59,139 bases of DNA, filler included, from Candidatus Woesearchaeota archaeon CG1_02_57_44 (GCA_001871415.1; 4 parts of 4 records of this genome joined end to end with filler, not necessarily neighbours in it); one strand, 5' to 3'. Counted from the whole stretch's first letter, positions 43,309 through 53,380 are shown. Numbers and translations: made by a program. The notes: generated from the sequence alone by a model not told the origin.

Positions 43309-44920
43309 GGGCGCTCCGGTTCATGCTCGCCAGCAGCGCGAGCGCCAGCAGCACCTGACGCTGCTCTTCTGACAGGGTGTCTCTTTTTTTCCACACTTCC
43401 TGCATCGCTGCCTTGCGCTCTGTCCAGGGTCTTCTGCTTGCCATGAGGTCCGCGAGCCGTGAGAGCTCGTCATCAGCGCCTGTCTGCCTGTACGTCGCGG
43501 CTATCGCCTTGGCTGCGGCCGTATATCCGATACCGTCTGGCGCGCTGCGGTTCCTGCCCATGAGGTACTGAGCGCAGATGCCTTGCAATCGCGATCCTTG
43601 CGCGCTGCTGGACGCAGGGTCCTGTTGCTGTCCTGATCCTTCGTCGCCGCTGCCCATCCCGTGCAGTGCTTTGCGCACATCATGGATGCGCTCAGACCAT
43701 CTTCTATGATGGTCTCCAGCGAGCGCGGCTCCCAGTCCTGGCGAGATGACGCGCATGACCTCGGCCACCTCGCGATAGCCCAGACGTGCGGGCTGAAAGG
43801 TGATATCCGGGTCCAATGGCAACGTCGCCCTCGCGCAGAGGAAATACTCCTGCTCTGTCTCTGCTGTGTACTCGCAGATGCGTGTCCCCAAGGAGGCATG
43901 GCTGAATGTCCTGTCCACGCGCATGAGCGCATGCTCCACCGTTGTTGTCCGTTGCGCGTATGCCAGGGCCTGACCTGCCTGCAGCGAGGGTACACCGACT
44001 TTCGCCGCATGGTATCGATAGAACGGATGGACTGTTCCTGCCTGCATGCTGACCGGGATAGGCGCTCCTGCGAGGATGCTGATGGCGCGGCACCAGTCGA
44101 GCTTCTGATACGATGAGGGCTCTATCAGCGTAGTGCCCAGTGAGAAGCCCCCGGGTATGTGTGCGGGATTGTTCTGCGATGGACTTGGCGCTATGCGTGA
44201 TAGCGGCGCGGTGATCCGTGGCGGCGGCAGATTCCTCGCAGCTTCCACTGCTGCTGGGACCGGCTGATGCTCATGGGTGAGATGCGCCAGCGCTTCCTCG
44301 ATGCTCTGCTGCGGGGTCCGTGGCAGTATTGCGGGTTCATCGGTCCAATGTACCTGCATCGGTGTCGCTTTGACATTGCCTGTCGCGTCCATGACCAGAT
44401 GCTCCGCGTATTCTGTCCCCAGGCCGCTGATTATCAACTGATATCCCTGATGCTCCTCGCGGGGAAGGCTCAGGCGCACATGTATCCTGCCAGCAGGTTC
44501 CCCTGATGTGATGCTATAGTCCTGCCAGGGTGCTTGCAACCGCGCGTGATGCCAGCCCTGCTGATCAGCGATGAGCGGCCCGTCATACTCCACCAGGTTC
44601 TCTAATGGTTTTTTCCAGCAAGATTCCTGCCCTGCTATCCCTGTCCTTGCCGCCCTATCGAGTCCGGAAGGATTCGGACCGAAGCGAGGATGCGTATGCA
44701 CACGTCCCAGCGCTATCATGTTGTCTGGTATGGGTGCGCCATGGCCGGTGCAACGTGTCTGGCTAAGGTCCATGACCTGATGCAAAGAGACTCCCCTGAT
44801 GGTGCCGTCGGGCGAACCGAACGGCTGGCCGATTATCTCATACGGTTCCTGCACAATAGTCTCCAGCAAGCCACCGCAGCTGAGCATATAGTCCTTCACA
44901 CCTCGAGGGACGGCGAGCAT
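43301..44920 (-). CDS. JAB/JAMM (MPN+) metallopeptidase-domain protein with large C-terminal extension
   Basis: E (PYEIIG) and HTHPRFGPNPSGLD give an exact H-x-H-x7-S-x2-D; start 44920 forms a TGATG overlap with the upstream stop. Confidence 0.75.
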   Translation of the reverse strand: MLAVPRGVKDYMLSCGGLLETIVQEPYEIIGQPFGSPDGTIRGVSLHQVMDLSQTRCTGHGAPIPDNMIALGRVHTHPRFGPNPSGLDRAARTGIAGQESCWKKPLENLVEYDGPLIADQQGWHHARLQAPWQDYSITSGEPAGRIHVRLSLPREEHQGYQLIISGLGTEYAEHLVMDATGNVKATPMQVHWTDEPAILPRTPQQSIEEALAHLTHEHQPVPAAVEAARNLPPPRITAPLSRIAPSPSQNNPAHIPGGFSLGTTLIEPSSYQKLDWCRAISILAGAPIPVSMQAGTVHPFYRYHAAKVGVPSLQAGQALAYAQRTTTVEHALMRVDRTFSHASLGTRICEYTAETEQEYFLCARATLPLDPDITFQPARLGYREVAEVMRVISPGLGAALAGDHHRRWSERIHDVRKALHGMGSGDEGSGQQQDPASSSAQGSRLQGICAQYLMGRNRSAPDGIGYTAAAKAIAATYRQTGADDELSRLADLMASRRPWTERKAAMQEVWKKRDTLSEEQRQVLLALALLASMNRSAHG

Positions 44921-46378
44921 CAGTGCACCTCCACGACCGGCACATTGTCCGGCGCGCTCGTCCTGCATGGGAAGCTGTTGAGCCGATGGTATGGTGTGCA
45001 GGAGGATACATACCCATGCGTCAGCACATCGATGCCCAGCCGCTGCACAGACGCGGCCAAGGCCCTGCCAACCTCTCCCCGTGCGATGAGTTCGTCAATG
45101 GCTTCGCCTGTGGTGGTGGCGGTGCCGTAGCATATGCTCCTGTACCCCCTCGGAAGAAACGGGTGCTGATACGGATCGAGCGTCTCTGGACCGGGCACCT
45201 GCGGGTGTATCTTGACGCCCACCCGCACCGGTTCAAACACGTAGTACCTGTCGTTCTCCTTGTAGCAGTGCCTCGGCGCCCATTTGTAGACGTATGCCTG
45301 GCCCTGCACGATGGCGGTCCCGCAGATGTCGTCCTGCCGGGGCAGGGGGGCGATGATGGCGGAGCTGACCCTCTCGACGAATTCTGCGCTGGAGGCAGGC
45401 GCACCCTTGTAGTCGACATCACCGATGCGGGCCGTGACGATGGGCTGTCCTGACGTTGCTCTGACGAGCTGTGCATAAGAATCCTGATTGAAGGCGAATG
45501 GTCCCTGCGCGAGCAGGAGCTGCTGCATCTTTGCGATGAGCCCGACGCTGCTCTCATGGTCTGTGTCCACGAGATACGTGAGGGCATCGACAGCCAGCTC
45601 ATGCGTCCTGTGCGTGAGCATCGCCCTGCAGAACTCATCGAGGCTGATTGCCCTTCGCAGGTAGGTGCGCTGCCCTTCCCAGTCGAGCCAGCTCCCTGAG
45701 GGTCGATGCTGGGCGACATATACAGCGTCGGCGATGATGCCAGTGGCTGCGCCCAGGTGCGAGACGATATTCTGTGCCAGAGTACTGGCCATCGGATCAG
45801 CACCATCCGCTGCTTGGGCCGGCGCGGGCGCCTTCACTGATTCAGCGCTAGGTCGCGATCTACCCGTCGCTGCTCCCTGCCTTCCGGGCAGCCTGCGCAC
45901 AGGGGAGAGGATGTCCAGCAGGCCTGGCTGCCTGCGCGAGGGCAGCAGGTCCTCGAGCGGATCAGGGAACAATCGTCTGGTGATGGGATCCTCGTTGCGG
46001 AAATCATACTGTGGTGTGATGTCGTGGTATCCTGCTGTGTTGCCGGTGTTATGGAGCAGGTCGGTGACGGGTGTCGATAATCCGTCAGCAGCAAGGCCTG
46101 GTGTGCGCGAGGGCAGCAAGCCGTCGAGCGGATTAGGGAATAATCGTCTGGTGATGGGATCCTCGTTGCGGAAATCATACTGTGGTGTGATGTCGTGGTA
46201 TCCTGCTGTGTTGCCGGTGTTATGGAGCAGGTCGGTGACGGGTGTCGATAATCCGTCAGCAGCAAGGCCTGGTGTGCGCGAGGGCAGCAAGCCGTCGAGC
46301 GGATTAGGGAATAATCGTCTGGTGATGGGATCCTCGTTGCGGAAATCATACTGTGGTGTGATGTCGTGGTATCCTGCT
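44920..46378 (-). CDS. Putative E2/UBC-like protein with N-terminal 57-aa repeats (5' truncated by gap)
   Basis: C-terminal YQHPFLPRGYRSICYG followed by helices resembles the UBC HPN...ICL catalytic motif; frame open into the gap. Confidence 0.6.
45933..46378 (-). repeat. 171-bp near-perfect in-frame tandem repeat (at least 2.6 copies)
   Basis: Identical blocks at 46101 and 46272; unit LPSRTPGLAADGLSTPVTDLLHNTGNTAGYHDITPQYDFRNEDPITRRLFPNPLDGL. Confidence 0.93.
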
Positions 46379-46478
46379 NNNNNNNNNNNNNNNNNNNNNN
46401 NNNNNNNNNNNNNNNNNNNNNNTTAATTAATTAANNNNNNNNNNNNNNNNNNNNNNNNNNNNNNNNNNNNNNNNNNNN
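46379..46478. other. Artificial contig linker (assembly gap)
   Basis: N44-TTAATTAATTAA-N44. Confidence 0.97.
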
Positions 46479-46480
46479 CG

Positions 46481-46990
46481 CAATATGCCAACACGGCATT
46501 GTATGGCATCGCTGCGCTGCTCATCACTGTCTGGCTGACATCGGTCATCGTACAGACAGGACTATGGTTGCTGGCCAGCTACCTGAAGGAGGGAACGAGT
46601 GGGAAGATGACCCGGCCATGGCGGGGCGCGCTCGGCATGGCAGTCCTGCAAGCAGTTCTGCTCAGCGCTGGCGTGATACTGTTGCTGTGGCTCGCTCCCC
46701 ACATACAGAAGTGGTTTGCCCTTGAACTGGCAGGGCTCACCTGGACGGTACTAGGACTTATCGGTCTTGGTATATCCGTCGTGTATGCGTTGCATGTCAT
46801 CGTGGTCGCCGCGCTGTTTAGCGCCGGCCCATTCATCAAACAGCTCTCATTCAGAAAATTCTCTTTTATTTGGGGCCTGACCCTCATCGGATGCAGCGTC
46901 ACTGTCGCGTGCTGGAAGATAAGCCCCTATCTCGGATTGGCGATGCTCGCCTGTTTCAGGACAAGCGGAAGAGCATATGCCATAAGCTAA
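46481..46990 (+). CDS. Multi-TM membrane protein (5' truncated)
   Basis: Hydrophobic ORF open from the gap. Confidence 0.6.
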   Translation, partial: QYANTALYGIAALLITVWLTSVIVQTGLWLLASYLKEGTSGKMTRPWRGALGMAVLQAVLLSAGVILLLWLAPHIQKWFALELAGLTWTVLGLIGLGISVVYALHVIVVAALFSAGPFIKQLSFRKFSFIWGLTLIGCSVTVACWKISPYLGLAMLACFRTSGRAYAIS

Positions 46991-47517
46991 GCAGGCAGCA
47001 TCTCATAGCCATTCCTTCTGGCGGATTCAGCGTGTCCAAACAGATAGGCGGCCAGCTGGCCTGTCGCGTCGGATGCCGCGTTCTTCGCCGCGTACCAGAG
47101 CGCAGGAGCATAGAGCGAACGCACGCCAGTCTCAGAGGAGACACCACGAGCATGGACCTCTTCGTGGCCAAGAGCGTATTGGACTGCACGGTCATTGAGC
47201 TCATGGCTGCTGCGGTTGAGCGCAAGATACTGACCATTGCCAGTGTTGATGATGGCAGCGACCGTACCCTGCTTTCCGGACAGTTGATTCAGGTCTGTTG
47301 ATACATAGCCGTCGATGGACGCTGGCGGCAGACCTTGCGCGTCAAGATACCTTCCCACCAGCCTGCCCATGGTCGAGCCCTGCCAGGCCTGATACAATGC
47401 CATATTGCGCTCAGCAAGGCTGATATCATCGTCTTGGGTCGCGTAGTCCGTGCCGTCCTCATAGATGACCGCACCGCCGACCTGTTCGAGGATAGATTCC
47501 AGATTCTGGTCTTGCAT
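46987..47517 (-). CDS. Putative Zn-metallopeptidase-like protein
   Basis: YALGHEEVH (HExxH). Confidence 0.55.
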   Translation of the reverse strand: MQDQNLESILEQVGGAVIYEDGTDYATQDDDISLAERNMALYQAWQGSTMGRLVGRYLDAQGLPPASIDGYVSTDLNQLSGKQGTVAAIINTGNGQYLALNRSSHELNDRAVQYALGHEEVHARGVSSETGVRSLYAPALWYAAKNAASDATGQLAAYLFGHAESARRNGYEMLPA

Positions 47518-47662
47518 GGAGCCAATTGAGGACCAGGCAGCTTAAATGCACTGTGACGACGCAGTCGTCGATAGCGTGTCAGAATACTGACGACCCTATA
47601 CTTACCCACACCCCCGGAGCGCCACCAACAGGTTTAAATAGCCGAATACGCCTGATACAGGT

Positions 47663-48100
47663 ATGGAACAACGGCAGCAGAACATCGTCAGCGCGGCGGT
47701 CATCGTGACCCTGTTCATCATAGGAGGCATGAGCTTCTATCATCATGTGGAAGGATGGACCTGGTCGCAGTCATTCTACTTCGTCTCCATGACCATGGGC
47801 ACGGTCGGGACGGGAGATCTCTCTCCGAGCACTGATCTCTCCAGGATGTTCACCGGCGTGTTCGTGCTCACCGCGGTGCCCATCGTCTTCTTCGCTCTGC
47901 TGCTCATCGCCGAGGTGTATTTCAAGCGTCACTTCGAGCAGATTCAATGGAAGAACATGGCGGCATACCATGCTGTGCAGAGGGTGGGCAAGTTCACCAA
48001 GGATTCCACCAGCTTGCTGGGCAAGAACAGCTTCCTGCGCAAGTACAAAGAAGAGCTTGACGCCTTTGACAATGAGCTCAAGAAAGAAGGGCTTATCTGA
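47663..48100 (+). CDS. 2-TM potassium channel family protein
   Basis: EGWTW.QSFYF...TMGTVGTGDL.P...R.FT pore loop. Confidence 0.88.
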   Translation: MEQRQQNIVSAAVIVTLFIIGGMSFYHHVEGWTWSQSFYFVSMTMGTVGTGDLSPSTDLSRMFTGVFVLTAVPIVFFALLLIAEVYFKRHFEQIQWKNMAAYHAVQRVGKFTKDSTSLLGKNSFLRKYKEELDAFDNELKKEGLI

Positions 48101-48179
48101 CTGCGACGCATCATGATGCAGTAAGTGTCGGAGCAACACCCATCAGGGCAAAGTGACGCTTGACGCATCATTCTGACAC

Positions 48180-50072
48180 TTATTTCAGCCGCAGCGCTTC
48201 CAGATTCCTTGGCGCGACGGTCTCAATCCTGAACTGCTTATGGATGCTGCTGGCCAGATCAAGGCAGCGGCTCACTTCCCCGTGATTGACAATGACCTTC
48301 TTTGGCTTTGGGTTGATGTTGTTGACGTAGTTCATCAATTGCTTGCGCCCGGAATGACCGGTGAAGCCTTCCATAGTATTTATCTGCATAGTGATGTGCA
48401 GCATCTCTGGTTGCGGACCGCCAGACATCTGGATCTCACGCTCACCGCGCTGGATGCGCCTTCCAAGGGATCCTTCACCCTGATACGCGACAAAAATCAT
48501 CTGGTTCTTGGAGCCATTGGCCAAGGCCTTCAAGTACTCGACGCTCGGGCCGCCGACAAGCATGCCACTGGTCGCGATAAAGACACAAGGGCCGCCTTCC
48601 TCGATTATCTGGCGGCGCTCCTTGCTGGAACCGACGCGCTTGAAGATGGGAGATATGAACGGGTTGTGGTCTTTGTGAAAAATCAGCCTGCGCACCTGGC
48701 TGTTGAGGAACTCTGGATACGCTGTATGGATAGCTGTCACGTCCCAGACCATGCCGTCAAGATACACCGGAATCTGCGGGAGCTTGCCGCTTCGCGCCAG
48801 ACTTTCAACTATCAATATAACTTCCTGCGCGCGACCCGTTCCCAAAACGGGAATCAACACCTTACCGCCGCGATTTATCGCATCCTCGATGAGCTTTGCG
48901 AATTCATCCTCGCACTCCTTACGGCTGGGCAGCACATTCTCACGCCCGCCATAAGTCGCCTCTATCATCAGGGTCTCGACGCGAGGGAAATTCGTCCATG
49001 CCGGATCAAGCAGCATGGTCTTGCCATACTTCATGTCAGCCGTATAGACAAAATTATGCAGCCCATTGCCGATATGCAGATGCGTTATCGCGCTGCCGAG
49101 CGTATGACCCGCATTGTAGAAGGTCATGCGCACATCGGGTGTGATATCCGTCACTTCCTCATACCCGATGGTCACGGTGTGCTTGACCATCTCGCGCACC
49201 TCCTCAGAGGTGTAGATGGGGTCTTTGCCTTCGCCACGCGCAATCTTCACATAGTCTAGGGTCAATAGCGCCATGACATCGCGCGTCGGCAAGGTGCAAT
49301 AGACCGGACCACGGTAGCCGAACTTGAAGAGGTAGGGCACAAAGCCACAATGATCAAGGTGCGCGTGGCTGATGATGACCGCGTCAAGCTCATTGATCTT
49401 GAATTCCGGGGCCTCGAGGAACGGATAGGGCTCCTGGTCGTCGGCCACGTTCACGCCGCAGTCCAGGAGGATGCGGGACTCAGGCGTCTGCAGGAACATA
49501 CAGCTGCGACCGACCTGCCGTCCCGAGCCCAGCACGGTGAGCCGCACCCACTCGTGCTTCTTCTCACGCATCCAGCCGTCATAGATGCGATGACCGACCT
49601 TATTGAGGAACTTGCGTCGGTAGTCGGAATTCTTATAGAGGACGCTGCGGATATCCTCGGTGAGCTGGCTCTTGATAGCAGGAGTCCTCTTGACAATAGG
49701 CACCCAAAGGGTCTGCTTACGGATCTCGCGAAGGTTGCTTCCCTGCTTGCCGATTGCCAGCCCTGGCTTTTCCGCCTCGATGATGACCTGGCTGCGCTGC
49801 GCATCAAATATAATGTTTCCGACGCCCGCTTCCTCTGGCAGAATCTTGCGGATAGTCGGCTCAGCCTCATCCTGGTTCTGCGTGATGCTTGGATCAGAGC
49901 GCAACTCAATACGCTTCTTGACCACATCGACCGCTTTCTTGATACTTCCCTGATTGTCGAGGAAATAGTCAGAGTCTTTCGTGTACAGCACGATGTTTGC
50001 CGCCTCAAAGACCGCGTCGCTGATCTTCCCATCAGGCAAGACTTTCAAAATCTCATCAATAATTGTTGTCAT
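48180..50072 (-). CDS. fttA: Beta-CASP ribonuclease aCPSF1 (FttA)
   Basis: N-terminal KH domains (GLAIGKQG); SHAHLDH; AGH.LGS; GRAQE; GFTGHSG; NHGE. Confidence 0.96.
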   Translation of the reverse strand: MTTIIDEILKVLPDGKISDAVFEAANIVLYTKDSDYFLDNQGSIKKAVDVVKKRIELRSDPSITQNQDEAEPTIRKILPEEAGVGNIIFDAQRSQVIIEAEKPGLAIGKQGSNLREIRKQTLWVPIVKRTPAIKSQLTEDIRSVLYKNSDYRRKFLNKVGHRIYDGWMREKKHEWVRLTVLGSGRQVGRSCMFLQTPESRILLDCGVNVADDQEPYPFLEAPEFKINELDAVIISHAHLDHCGFVPYLFKFGYRGPVYCTLPTRDVMALLTLDYVKIARGEGKDPIYTSEEVREMVKHTVTIGYEEVTDITPDVRMTFYNAGHTLGSAITHLHIGNGLHNFVYTADMKYGKTMLLDPAWTNFPRVETLMIEATYGGRENVLPSRKECEDEFAKLIEDAINRGGKVLIPVLGTGRAQEVILIVESLARSGKLPQIPVYLDGMVWDVTAIHTAYPEFLNSQVRRLIFHKDHNPFISPIFKRVGSSKERRQIIEEGGPCVFIATSGMLVGGPSVEYLKALANGSKNQMIFVAYQGEGSLGRRIQRGEREIQMSGGPQPEMLHITMQINTMEGFTGHSGRKQLMNYVNNINPKPKKVIVNHGEVSRCLDLASSIHKQFRIETVAPRNLEALRLK

Positions 50073-50258
50073 AGAATATACACCATTGATTTTTTTCTGT
50101 TATTTACTTGTTTATGTTCTTGTATCGATTACCGCTGTATCACTATTGTGCATCGCAATGTCGGTTCAACCACTGAGTACTGCTTACACCCATGAGGGAG
50201 CAGATCTCATAAAACCATTGCCTAGCGAGGAATTGAAATGGTTAAGTTGGAATGATTT

Positions 50259-50900
50259 TCAGACCGTCACGGTCAAGTCCTTCTCGAATATCTTCTTGAC
50301 ACCATCCTTGTTGACAAGGACAACGTCAAGGCCATTGCCGCTCGCTGCGTCGCGCTGTATGGCAGCGTTGATGCACTTGAGCGCAAGCTTCAAACCCTCG
50401 TCCGAAGTCATGTCCGGCTTGTAGAGCGTCTCCATCACACCATAAGCCATGACGCTTCCTGATCCTGAGCCGATAAAGTCATCGATCAGTTGGATGGAGC
50501 CATCCGCGAAAATGTCATACAGATGAAAGCCGTCAGTGTCCTTTCCACCCATGAGGAAATGGCTGATGCCTGGGATAAGCGACATCCTGCGGATATTGTA
50601 ATAGACCATGCGAGAGAGCAGGTTAGCTGCCTCCTTGACTGACACTTCCCTGTCCAGGCGGATGCGGTTGAGCGCCAGCTCAGATTTCACCAGCTTTATG
50701 AGCATCTGGGCGTCCGAGGCAGTGCCTGCCATGGTCACGGCGATATTATCAGCGATAGCATGGACCTTCTCGGTCTTCTTGCTGGCAATCAGCGTACCTG
50801 CTGTGGCGCGCCTATCGGCAGCGAGGATGATGCCATCCTTGCACACGATACCAACGGTCGTGGTCCCTGTCTTCAACACATTGCTCTCGACATTATCCAT
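50259..50900 (-). CDS. psmB: Proteasome subunit beta
   Basis: KTG|TTTVG, AADRRAT, GSGS, RD..SG; conserved pairing with aCPSF1. Confidence 0.96.
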   Translation of the reverse strand: MDNVESNVLKTGTTTVGIVCKDGIILAADRRATAGTLIASKKTEKVHAIADNIAVTMAGTASDAQMLIKLVKSELALNRIRLDREVSVKEAANLLSRMVYYNIRRMSLIPGISHFLMGGKDTDGFHLYDIFADGSIQLIDDFIGSGSGSVMAYGVMETLYKPDMTSDEGLKLALKCINAAIQRDAASGNGLDVVLVNKDGVKKIFEKDLTVTV

Positions 50901-51025
50901 AGCGTATCCACCCAGAAGGTCAATTGGAAAGGGGTTATGGCGAGGTTGTATATAAAGCTTGTGGAGGGTCTGATGAATGGAGACGGTCTGCGATGATTCA
51001 CAGGCGCACCCGCATCAAATCCCGT

Positions 51026-52045
51026 TCACTGCAGCGTGATGCCCGTCCAGGTGAATATCCTGTCTGTGTCCAACCGCTCGATTGTCGGCACATAGACATC
51101 AAAACCGTCCAGCGGCTGCGCCGAGGTGACGGCGACGCGCTCGAAGCGGCCCATTAATTCTTCCCGCAATGGCGCGGGCAGCAGATCAGCGCCATCCAGG
51201 AGCAGGGTGCTGGAATGAGCGTGCTGCTCAAGCTCCGCCCATAGCGATTCCGGACGCTCAGCATAATCTGGATAGACGGTCAGGTTGCACACTCCTGCCA
51301 ATCCCATCAGGGCGTTAAGCATGGTAAGATGGTAGGTCTTGCCAGTACACGTGCTTCCATAGAAGTCCACGTTATTGCCTGCGTACAAGGCATCCGCGAA
51401 AGTTCTGAACCGCTCCATCCAATCCGCTTCAATGAACATACCATATTTATGGGGAAAATCAGCCGTACGCAGACCCAAGACATAACCAAGATTCGCACCA
51501 TAGGAGCCATCAGGGAGCATTCCCTCGGCGAGAAAATCCTTCTTCATCATCCACCCTCCGCGTTCGAGCAGAAGGCCAATATCCGGCATGCTCGCGCAGT
51601 TCTGCTTATGGACGATTGTGGCACCCAGGTCCCTTGCCTGATCAAGATCCATGCAATGCGCATTCTTCAGCAGCACTGCGATGCGCCACCCGGCACTGTA
51701 TCCGTCAGGCGTATGCATCGCAGATTCTGGCACGCCTCTCGCGAGCATACTCTCCATATTGAGCTGCTCGGCGATATCCCTCAGGCCTGCTCTTGAGGTC
51801 ACCCCTTGATAAGGTCGCAGGTCAGGGTGCGCTGCCAACAGGTCCCTGAAGGGTTCGTCGTTTCGATAATCTATCTTCACGACGGCGATACCGCCCTCCT
51901 TTGCCGCAAGCTCGTCCAGACGCAGTTCTGTCGCGCGCATCATCGTCTGTGATGATATCAAGAGCACGCCATCCAGGTTCGATGGCTGCAGCTCATTCAC
52001 CACTAGCCGCCTCACCCATTCCGGCACCGGAGGAAGTTCTTCCAT
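51026..52045 (-). CDS. Divergent P-loop NTPase-like protein
   Basis: YGSTCTGKT and LLLDGAD in the C-terminal half; AGGTGAT Shine-Dalgarno. Confidence 0.6.
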   Translation of the reverse strand: MEELPPVPEWVRRLVVNELQPSNLDGVLLISSQTMMRATELRLDELAAKEGGIAVVKIDYRNDEPFRDLLAAHPDLRPYQGVTSRAGLRDIAEQLNMESMLARGVPESAMHTPDGYSAGWRIAVLLKNAHCMDLDQARDLGATIVHKQNCASMPDIGLLLERGGWMMKKDFLAEGMLPDGSYGANLGYVLGLRTADFPHKYGMFIEADWMERFRTFADALYAGNNVDFYGSTCTGKTYHLTMLNALMGLAGVCNLTVYPDYAERPESLWAELEQHAHSSTLLLDGADLLPAPLREELMGRFERVAVTSAQPLDGFDVYVPTIERLDTDRIFTWTGITLQ

Positions 52046-52056
52046 AGCGCATCACC

Positions 52057-53190
52057 TCATCCGAACAATAGGAGATCAGCGAAGGCCCGCTGCAGCAATC
52101 CACCGCGAATAGCATATCTCCCGTCGTCCAAGGCAAAGATACCATTGCCTTGCTCTGCCAGCGGCATCATGGCGCCGACAAATGCGGAAGGATTGTCTTC
52201 ATGTGACGCTCGAGTAGCGTCTATCAATCCAGCGTACGTCACAGGCGAAGGCGCGCGAGACACCGTTCGGATCATATCCTTCTGCAGGCCCGTCAGTCGG
52301 TTCCACATATTGCTCGTCTCTTTCAACAGGTTCATCGCGTAGTAGCCTTCTGATGCCTGCGTGATGGCATCGAGCGTAACCTGACCAGTTTCAACCGCAT
52401 CCAAGGCCGCCCCCATCAGCCCCTGGATCAAGCAGGGAAATCCACCGGTCTGTCGATAGACCTTCGCCGCTGCATCGTCCTCTATCATCCAGGGCGACAT
52501 CCGATACTCGTCGACGCGAGCACCGGCTGCCTGGCGCAGCACATCCTCGGACTCGCACAGTCGGACAAGACGCCCGGTCTGCGCCTCATCAAATGGAAGC
52601 AACGCCGGATGCGTGATGGTCCTGTCAAAACGGCTGCTCGAGCCCTGCATCTCAGCGTAGACTGAGGGAAACAATGTGTAGACCATGCGGACATGCTGGA
52701 GCTCCTGACCCATGGCTCCGAGCACCTCGACGACGGCTTGGTCGCGAAAGAGCCGTTCAGTCTCGTCCAGGATAATCATGACCTTGGATGCACCTGGCTC
52801 ATGGTCATCAGCGCGTTCTTGGCAGTATCGGTCCACGCCTGAGAGCAGGCGCTGCAGACCCGCGCCGGTCGCAATCGCAGCATCCCTCATGCGTCCGTCT
52901 TGACGGAGAAGGTAGTGATCGATATGTCCTGCCAGCTCAGCCTCATCGCTGCCTGCGAGCGGCAGATAGGCCACCGTGACGCCAGACTCCTGAGCGGCCT
53001 GCGCCACTGCCTTGAGCAGACTGCTCTTGCCCATGCGCGGAAAACCCACTGTAGCAAAGGATCCTTGCGAAGCGAGCGCTTTATGCACCAGGTCCTGGCG
53101 ACCGAGGAACATGCTGCCAGATGCGGGACAGGTCGTGTTGTAGGGGTTGAACCGTTGCTTGTCCATTGACAAAGGCAATTTCTTCTTCAT
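52057..53190 (-). CDS. AAA+/STAND-like ATPase
   Basis: NPY....P....FLGR; GFPRMGKSS; IILDETE; TGGFP; C-terminal wHTH-like. Confidence 0.85.
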   Translation of the reverse strand: MKKKLPLSMDKQRFNPYNTTCPASGSMFLGRQDLVHKALASQGSFATVGFPRMGKSSLLKAVAQAAQESGVTVAYLPLAGSDEAELAGHIDHYLLRQDGRMRDAAIATGAGLQRLLSGVDRYCQERADDHEPGASKVMIILDETERLFRDQAVVEVLGAMGQELQHVRMVYTLFPSVYAEMQGSSSRFDRTITHPALLPFDEAQTGRLVRLCESEDVLRQAAGARVDEYRMSPWMIEDDAAAKVYRQTGGFPCLIQGLMGAALDAVETGQVTLDAITQASEGYYAMNLLKETSNMWNRLTGLQKDMIRTVSRAPSPVTYAGLIDATRASHEDNPSAFVGAMMPLAEQGNGIFALDDGRYAIRGGLLQRAFADLLLFG

Positions 53191-53257
53191 TTAAAAAAAT
53201 GAGCCAGAGCAAAGGGGGCGAACATGGAGGGCATCATAAAATATGCAAAAAATAAGC

Positions 53258-53380
53258 TGGCGCCGCGGGGATTTGAACCCCGGACTTCTACGTGACCCAG
53301 TTAGAGGTGCGGTCATCGGCATCACTGCCTCTCTGCTCACCTATGAGCGTAGCGCTCTAACCAGTCTGAGCTACGGCGCC
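53258..53380 (-). tRNA. tRNA-Met(CAT) with 48-nt intron at 37/38 (intron 53294-53341)
   Basis: Exons GGCGCCGTAGCTCAGACTGGTTAGAGCGCTACGCTCATA and ACGTAGAAGTCCGGGGTTCAAATCCCCGCGGCGCCA; bulge-helix-bulge (CTCA pairs TGGG, bulges TAG and TCA). The elongator Met versus Ile2 assignment is inferred. Confidence 0.92.

Noticed and set aside
45933..46378. Possible CRISPR array or DGR template/variable repeat pair
   Set aside because: In-frame 171-bp coding tandem repeat with no spacers, no adenine-specific mismatches and no reverse transcriptase.
42205..50900. Linkage of the E1/E2/JAB operon to proteasome beta and aCPSF1
   Set aside because: A contig linker at 46379-46478 separates them, so the proximity may be arbitrary.
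53294..53341. tRNA intron as a novelty
   Set aside because: A canonical 37/38 bulge-helix-bulge intron in tRNA-Met is common in archaea.
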